NCBI GenBank assembly: GCA_021848095.1
Contig: JAJZMZ010000024.1
Location: forward strand, 1 to 43,660
Origin: Candidatus Micrarchaeota archaeon
GTDB lineage: Archaea; Micrarchaeota; Micrarchaeia; Micrarchaeales; CABMGC01
Direction of reading: 5' to 3'
Length of the DNA: 43,660 nucleotides
The notes beneath the pieces were generated by a model that worked only from the letters and a program-made list of their open reading frames with translations, had not been told where the DNA came from and did no database searches. A program made the translations under genes and the position numbers. This document shows positions 37,964 through 43,660 of this stretch, in pieces (positions within the stretch are counted from its first letter, which is position 1; the number at the start of each line of letters is the position of its first letter).

Positions 37964-39187
37964 TTATTTATTTTTTTTGTGAAAGTTACAAAACTTCTCT
38001 ATGCGTGAAAATGCTTCTTTGATTACATCTTCTTCTGGAAGTGTTACTAAACGTATAAAACCATCCATTCCGAAACCAGAGCCTCTTAATATCTCAAGAT
38101 GTTGTTCTCTTAGAAGCAACTCAGTAAACTCCTTATCAGTATGTATATTTAACTTATTTAGTTTTATACGCGGAAATATATAAAATGCACTGTTTGGTTT
38201 TACAACCTCAAGATACTCGCTTTCTTTTATAAGATCATAAGCTAAATTTGAAGTTTTCTCTATTCTTTTAAGAACCTCTTTTAAAACTTCTGTTCTTTTT
38301 TTAGTATTTGAAATACCTTCAGTGATAGCATACTCTGCAGGAGTGTTTGCAGATAATCTAGAGTTACAAAGCATAGATATTGCATTTTTTAGGGCTAATG
38401 ATTTTTTATCACTTTCCGGGATTATAGAAAAACCTATTCTAAACCCAGTTGCAAAAAGATTTTTTGATGCACCATTTAAGATCATATGAGGAACTCCTTT
38501 TGCTACTTGTGAAACAGATGTAAACTTCGCGTCATTAAATAATAACTCATCATATATTTCGTCAGAGATTAGAAATATGTCATTGTTTTTAGCTATTTCT
38601 ACCACTTCCTTTAATGATTTTTCTGAAGGAACTGTACCGGTAGGATTATTGGGATTTGTAACTAAAATGTACTTTGGTTTATTTTTTCCAGAGTTTTTTA
38701 TTGTTTGAATTAGAGACTCTGTATTTATGTCCCAATTGTTTGAAAACTCATGATTTGCAAAAATAGGGGTTGCTCCCTCCATTATTATATTTGGTAAGTA
38801 TTGTGTGAAGAATGGTGAAATTATAAGTGCTGTATCTCCTTTTGAAAGTAAAGAGGTATTAGTAAATTGAAGTGCTTCGCTTACTCCTTGTGTTATTATG
38901 ACATCTTCTGTATTGTAATTAACTTTATATAAATCATTATATCGTTTTGAAACTGCTTCTTTTAATTTTTTATTTCCTCCCCAACTTTCATAAAATGTTC
39001 TCCCTAACTTTAAAGCTTCTATATATTTTTCAATTATGAAATCTGGTGTTTTTACATAATTTACAGGATCTCCAACACTTAAACTTAGTATTTTATGGCC
39101 ATTTTTTCTTAGTGAGTTTGCTATATCGACTAACTCTGCCAAAGGATTTTCTATTTTAGAGATATGTTCAATTACAAAATCGTTCAT
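37964..39187 (-). CDS. PLP-dependent aminotransferase class I/II (Ala/Asp aminotransferase-like)
   Basis: GDP, NPNNPTG, SDEIY, NGASK...GFRIG, AFY.FP, R near the C-terminus. Confidence 0.93.
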   Translation of the reverse strand: MNDFVIEHISKIENPLAELVDIANSLRKNGHKILSLSVGDPVNYVKTPDFIIEKYIEALKLGRTFYESWGGNKKLKEAVSKRYNDLYKVNYNTEDVIITQGVSEALQFTNTSLLSKGDTALIISPFFTQYLPNIIMEGATPIFANHEFSNNWDINTESLIQTIKNSGKNKPKYILVTNPNNPTGTVPSEKSLKEVVEIAKNNDIFLISDEIYDELLFNDAKFTSVSQVAKGVPHMILNGASKNLFATGFRIGFSIIPESDKKSLALKNAISMLCNSRLSANTPAEYAITEGISNTKKRTEVLKEVLKRIEKTSNLAYDLIKESEYLEVVKPNSAFYIFPRIKLNKLNIHTDKEFTELLLREQHLEILRGSGFGMDGFIRLVTLPEEDVIKEAFSRIEKFCNFHKKNK

Positions 39188-39208
39188 TTAATATCATTGC
39201 TTCAATAC

Positions 39209-39877
39209 TTACTTGTTTTCTAGAATAGCTTCTTGAATTTCAAATACTCCTCTTTCGCCATTCCATTCTTTCTTTGATTTTAAAATTTTAATACTTTTTT
39301 TAAATAATGGACCATCGAGTACAAAGCTCTCTGCTTCTCCACCTTCAAATACAAGATTTATGCCATTTTTTTTATTTAGTATTTTTAACTCTTCGATTAA
39401 TTTGTTGTCTATTTTTCTTCCTAAATGAGTTTCATTAAGGCCTTCTGCGGCTACAGCAGAAATTATTACATTAAAGTTTTCTGATAACTCAGTTAACTCT
39501 GAAATAGGATCAATATGCCATAGCGGAGCAATGTTTTCTATTTTGTGTTTATCTGTTATTTTCTGTATTCTATCTGCTTGATATCTGCTGTATGTTGCAC
39601 CAGTAACTAAAAGAGTAACATTATTTTCTACTAGTGCTTTTTCTAAATCTTTTAACTCTTCTTCTTTTTTACCCTCTGTTTTGATAAAAATTTGTTTTAT
39701 TCCAAGAGCTTCTGCTTGTAAAGAAGTTTGTTTTGCGTTGGGATAATGGAACATGTAACTGAATTTATTTTCAGATAAAAATGTTATGAGAAGTTCTATT
39801 TTTATTCCTGAATTTACAACTTTATGAAGTGCTAATGTTGAGTCTTTTCCTCCGCTGAATAAACATGCATTTGTCAT
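39209..39877 (-). CDS. dph6: Diphthine--ammonia ligase
   Basis: SGGKDS PP-loop, SYMFH, S.YQ..R, APLW, EGGEAESFVLDGP.F. Confidence 0.9.
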   Translation of the reverse strand: MTNACLFSGGKDSTLALHKVVNSGIKIELLITFLSENKFSYMFHYPNAKQTSLQAEALGIKQIFIKTEGKKEEELKDLEKALVENNVTLLVTGATYSRYQADRIQKITDKHKIENIAPLWHIDPISELTELSENFNVIISAVAAEGLNETHLGRKIDNKLIEELKILNKKNGINLVFEGGEAESFVLDGPLFKKSIKILKSKKEWNGERGVFEIQEAILENK

Positions 39878-40494
39878 TTTTCTACCTTTGATAACTTTTT
39901 CTTTACGTGCTTAAGTGCTGAAAATGTATCTCTATCTAACTCTTCAAGTCTCATAGAAATATACTTTGCTTGTGTTTTCAATCCTGGAATAACTATGTAA
40001 TCAAGTGCATTAACTCTTCTCTTTGTTTTTTCGATTTCTAAAACTAAACGTTTTAATCCTTGTTCTCTTTGTGCTACATCTAATATTGTATTTAAAACTT
40101 CATCAAAAGAAGAACTTACATCTAAAACAGCTGTACTTTCTGATAACACTCTACTAGGAGATCTCTCGATTGTCATTTTAGAGGTTTCTGGAATTTTAAC
40201 CCCCATTATATTTTTAACAGAGATCTTTACAGAACCAGATTCAGGCATTTGCTCTGCGGCAGATTCTAACTCAAAATTACCTGCAAATGCAGAGGATAAT
40301 GCAACTGTTTTGTAAGCGCTTTGCATTATTTCATATAAATGATCTCTATCTTTTCCAGATTCTTTTAAAAGTTTAAGAAACTCTATAACTAAAGCTTCTC
40401 TTTTTCTTTTAAGTATAGAATAACCCTTATTTGCTGTTTTTGTCCTCTGCCTTGTACGTATAAGATTTATTCTTGTTGGATTTATCTTTTCCAT
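39874..40494 (-). CDS. atpD: A/V-type ATP synthase subunit D
   Basis: PTRINL, LKRKREAL, NIMGV, KTKRRVNAL..I.IP. Confidence 0.95.
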   Translation of the reverse strand: MEKINPTRINLIRTRQRTKTANKGYSILKRKREALVIEFLKLLKESGKDRDHLYEIMQSAYKTVALSSAFAGNFELESAAEQMPESGSVKISVKNIMGVKIPETSKMTIERSPSRVLSESTAVLDVSSSFDEVLNTILDVAQREQGLKRLVLEIEKTKRRVNALDYIVIPGLKTQAKYISMRLEELDRDTFSALKHVKKKLSKVEK

Positions 40495-40497
40495 TTA

Positions 40498-41880
40498 TCA
40501 TTTACCTTTTTTGTAGTATTTCTTTATGTGCTCTTCTTTTATTCTTGATAACTCACTTTCAGGAAGCATTGACAAAAGTTCCCAGCCTATATCAAGCGTT
40601 TGTTCTATTGATCTGTTATCATCAAAACCTTGTTTAATGAACTTATCTTCAAACGCTTCTCCAAAACTTAAGTATAGTTTATCACTATCACTTAATGCTT
40701 CTGCACCAACTATTGCGCTTAAGTCTTTCGCTTCTTGTGCTCTTGCATAAGCACCTAATAACTGATCTGAAACACCTTTATGGTCTTCTCTTGTTTTACC
40801 CTCTCCTATCCCATTTCCCATTAATCTTGATAATGAACCTATAGGATTTATAGGGGGATAGATGCCCTTATTGCTTAACTGTCTGCTCAAAAAGATCTGT
40901 CCTTCTGTAATGTAACCCGTAAGGTCAGGAATCGGATGTGTTAAGTCATCGCTAGGCATTGTTAAGATATCTAACTGTGTTATTGAACCTTTTTTGCCCT
41001 TTATTACTCCGGCTCTTTCATAAAGACTTGCTAAGTCGGTATACATGTATCCAGGATATCCTCTCCTTCCAGGAACTTCTTCTCTTGCGCTTGAAAGTTC
41101 ACGTAAAGCTTCTGCATAATTTGTCATGTCGTGTAGTATTACTAAAACATGCATGCCTTTTTCGTAAGCAAGATACTCTGCTGTTGTAAGTGCTAATCTA
41201 GGCGTTAGTATACGTTCTATGCTAGGATCATCTGCAAGATTTATGAATGCAACTGTTCTTTTTAATGCTCCAGTTCTTCTAAACTCATTTGTAAAGTACT
41301 CAGCATCATCATAAGTGATACCTATTCCTGCAAACACAACCGCAAAACTTTCATTTTTGTTTTTTACCCTAGCTTGTCTTGTTATCTGTGCAGCTAATTG
41401 GTTGTGTGGCAAACCTGAACCTGAAAATATAGGTAATTTTTGTCCTCTTACTAATGTGTTTAAGCCATCGATTGTTGAGATTCCAGTTTCAATAAAGTCA
41501 CTTGGATAAACTCTTGAAACAGGATTAATTGGAAAACCGTTTATATCTCTTTTATCCTTTGATTGTATAGGTGCTCCAGAGTCTCTAGGACGCCCTTGTC
41601 CATCAAAGATTCTTCCTAACATAGAGTCATTTACACCTATTGTAAATGTTTCTCCAAGAAAACTAACAGCTGTTTTGTTAATATTAATTCCACTTGTAGG
41701 GCCGAAAACCTGTACAACTGCTTTGCCATCGCTTGTATCCAATACTTGACCTAATCTATACTCCCCGGTTTGTAACTTTATTTTCACTATTTCGTTGTAA
41801 GATGCATTTTTTACTTGACCAACTACTATAAGAGGTCCTGCAACATTTTCTATTGTTTTATATTCTATATCAAACTTCAT
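40498..41880 (-). CDS. atpB: A/V-type ATP synthase subunit B
   Basis: [36 protein letters not shown]. Confidence 0.97.
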   Translation of the reverse strand: MKFDIEYKTIENVAGPLIVVGQVKNASYNEIVKIKLQTGEYRLGQVLDTSDGKAVVQVFGPTSGININKTAVSFLGETFTIGVNDSMLGRIFDGQGRPRDSGAPIQSKDKRDINGFPINPVSRVYPSDFIETGISTIDGLNTLVRGQKLPIFSGSGLPHNQLAAQITRQARVKNKNESFAVVFAGIGITYDDAEYFTNEFRRTGALKRTVAFINLADDPSIERILTPRLALTTAEYLAYEKGMHVLVILHDMTNYAEALRELSSAREEVPGRRGYPGYMYTDLASLYERAGVIKGKKGSITQLDILTMPSDDLTHPIPDLTGYITEGQIFLSRQLSNKGIYPPINPIGSLSRLMGNGIGEGKTREDHKGVSDQLLGAYARAQEAKDLSAIVGAEALSDSDKLYLSFGEAFEDKFIKQGFDDNRSIEQTLDIGWELLSMLPESELSRIKEEHIKKYYKKGK

Positions 41881-41895
41881 AAAATCACTTTTTAT

Positions 41896-43660
41896 TTATT
41901 TTTTTGAAAGTTCCTTTTCAGTTGGCTCTTCTAATGATTTTTCTTCTTTCATTAACATATTAAACTCTGAAGAAATCTTCGACATTATGTTCTTTATTGT
42001 GCTTTCTGCAGAATCTTCTTTTATACCCTTCATTCTTGATATCTCTGCTCTTACAGGTAGTGAAGCTATCTTATCAATGCTTACATTATTTTTTACAGCA
42101 TCTCTTGCTAACTTTGAAAACTGCATCATTGTTTTAAGCATTAGTGCTTGTTTTTTTAATGAGGTAAATGCATCAATATCATCGAATGCGTTTTGTCTTA
42201 AGTAATCTTCACGCAACATTCTTCCTATTAATAAGATTATTCTTTCTGTTTCTGGAAGTGCATCTTCCCCAACTAATTGAACAATATCTTTTAATTCTGA
42301 TTCTCTTTGTAATAATTTAGACATGTCTTTTTTATCGGATACAAACTCTTCTCCTACATTTTTAATGTACCATGGTTCAAGAGGATCTAAATACAATGAA
42401 TAACTGCTTAACCAGTTTATTGATGGGAAGTGTTTTGATCTTGCTAGTGATGCATCTAAAGACCAGAAGGTTTTAACTACTCTCAATGTACCTTGTGATA
42501 CAGGTTCGGAGATATCTCCTCCTGGTGGTGATACAGCACCTATAAGAGTTATTGAGCCTTTTCTTCCGTTTAGTGTTTCTACATTTCCTCCTCTTTCATA
42601 ATACTCAGCTAAACGTTTTGGAAGATACGCTGGATAACCTTCTTCGCCAGGCATCTCCTCTAATCTAGCTGAGATCTCTCGCATAGCTTCGGCCCAACGT
42701 GATGTCGAGTCTGCCATTATAGCTACATTGTAACCCATATCTCTTAAGTACTCGGCTATTGTTATCCCTGTGTAAATACTAGCTTCTCTTGCAGCTACAG
42801 GCATGTTACTTGTATTAGCTATTAGAACTGTTCTTTCCATCAATGGTTTCCCTGTTTTAGGATCTTTTAGATGTGGAAACTCTGATAAGATTTCTGTCAT
42901 CTCGTTTCCTCTTTCTCCACAGCCTATGTAAACGACTATCTCAGCATCGGAGTACTTAGCAAGTGAGTGCTGAATAACTGTTTTACCAGCTCCGAATGGA
43001 CCAGGAACAGCTGCAGTACCTCCCTTAGCTACTGGAAATAATGTATCAATTACACGTTGACCCGTTACTAAAGGCTCCTCTGATTTAAACTTCTTTTTGA
43101 ATGGCGAGGGTTTTCTTACCGATCTACTTTGTGACATAGTTATCGGATATTTTTTACCTCTTAACTCTACCTCAGCTATTTTTTCAAGTATTGTAAAGTT
43201 GCCTGATTTTAATGTAGATAACTTTCCTGAGATACCAGAAGGTACCATTATATAATGTTTAAGTGTTTCGGTTTCTTGTACATGGCCTAAAACCATACCT
43301 TCTTTTACAGGAGTTCCTTTTTTAAGTGATTTATCTGGTATAAAGTGATACTTCTTTTTTGTGTTTAATGGCTCAGCTTCTATTCCTTTTCCTATAAAAC
43401 TTCCGCTTTTCTTTTCTAAGATTTCTAAAGGTCTTTGTATTCCGTCGTAAATCATGCCCAATAAACCCGGTCCTAAAAGTACACTTAATGGAAGAGATGT
43501 TGTTTCAACTACCTCTCCTGGTTTCAAACCTGTCGTATCTTCATAAACCTGAATTACTGCTTTTGCTCCTCTGAGTTGAATTATCTCTCCAATTAACTTT
43601 TGTTTTCCTACCTTTACTACGTCATACATGCTTGCTCCAAGCATTGAATCTGCTATTACA
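41896..43660 (-). CDS. atpA: A/V-type ATP synthase subunit A (N-terminus beyond the window)
   Basis: [25 protein letters not shown]. The frame stays open upstream of 43644 (VIADS-MLGA), so the true start lies outside the window; no intein. Confidence 0.97.
   Translation of the reverse strand, partial: VIADSMLGASMYDVVKVGKQKLIGEIIQLRGAKAVIQVYEDTTGLKPGEVVETTSLPLSVLLGPGLLGMIYDGIQRPLEILEKKSGSFIGKGIEAEPLNTKKKYHFIPDKSLKKGTPVKEGMVLGHVQETETLKHYIMVPSGISGKLSTLKSGNFTILEKIAEVELRGKKYPITMSQSRSVRKPSPFKKKFKSEEPLVTGQRVIDTLFPVAKGGTAAVPGPFGAGKTVIQHSLAKYSDAEIVVYIGCGERGNEMTEILSEFPHLKDPKTGKPLMERTVLIANTSNMPVAAREASIYTGITIAEYLRDMGYNVAIMADSTSRWAEAMREISARLEEMPGEEGYPAYLPKRLAEYYERGGNVETLNGRKGSITLIGAVSPPGGDISEPVSQGTLRVVKTFWSLDASLARSKHFPSINWLSSYSLYLDPLEPWYIKNVGEEFVSDKKDMSKLLQRESELKDIVQLVGEDALPETERIILLIGRMLREDYLRQNAFDDIDAFTSLKKQALMLKTMMQFSKLARDAVKNNVSIDKIASLPVRAEISRMKGIKEDSAESTIKNIMSKISSEFNMLMKEEKSLEEPTEKELSKK

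Noticed and set aside
1-43660. CRISPR arrays, IS elements, defence systems, rRNA
   Set aside because: No repeat-spacer periodicity, transposase/integrase or nuclease motifs, or GC-rich structural RNA blocks beyond the two tRNAs.
9604-43660. Inteins in RFC, NrdJ or ATPase A
   Set aside because: Protein lengths and motif spacing are normal; no intein-sized insertions.

Overview
AT-rich, densely coding archaeal chromosomal segment, most consistent with a DPANN archaeon (probably Micrarchaeota). Evidence: archaeal LeuRS, RFC, NMD3, Dph6 and A-type ATPase; GGTGA ribosome-binding sites; BRE/TATA promoters; a tRNA-Gln with a non-canonical D-loop intron; and a QSAxEY pilin-like leader. It is mostly housekeeping and central metabolism: PadR-ABC exporter-S-layer-like cluster, leuS, rfcS, a 2-oxoacid (pyruvate) dehydrogenase operon ending in NAD kinase, a giant pilin-leader surface protein, proline dehydrogenase, a CpaF-like ATPase, an sdh/frd-aspartase/fumarase cluster, secFD, class II RNR, two tRNAs and atpABD. 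Top lead: the E3 subunit carries an NADP(H)-type nucleotide-binding fingerprint (GAGYVAxExA ... LARS instead of GxGxxG ... VE) and is followed 2 bp later by an NAD kinase, suggesting a natural NADP+-dependent 2-oxoacid dehydrogenase complex with its own NADP supply. Second lead: a succinate dehydrogenase/fumarate reductase whose Fe-S subunit is fused to a His-free 2-TM anchor, next to an atypical 3-TM protein. No CRISPR, transposase, integrase or intein was seen. All calls come from reading motifs by eye; no database searches were run.
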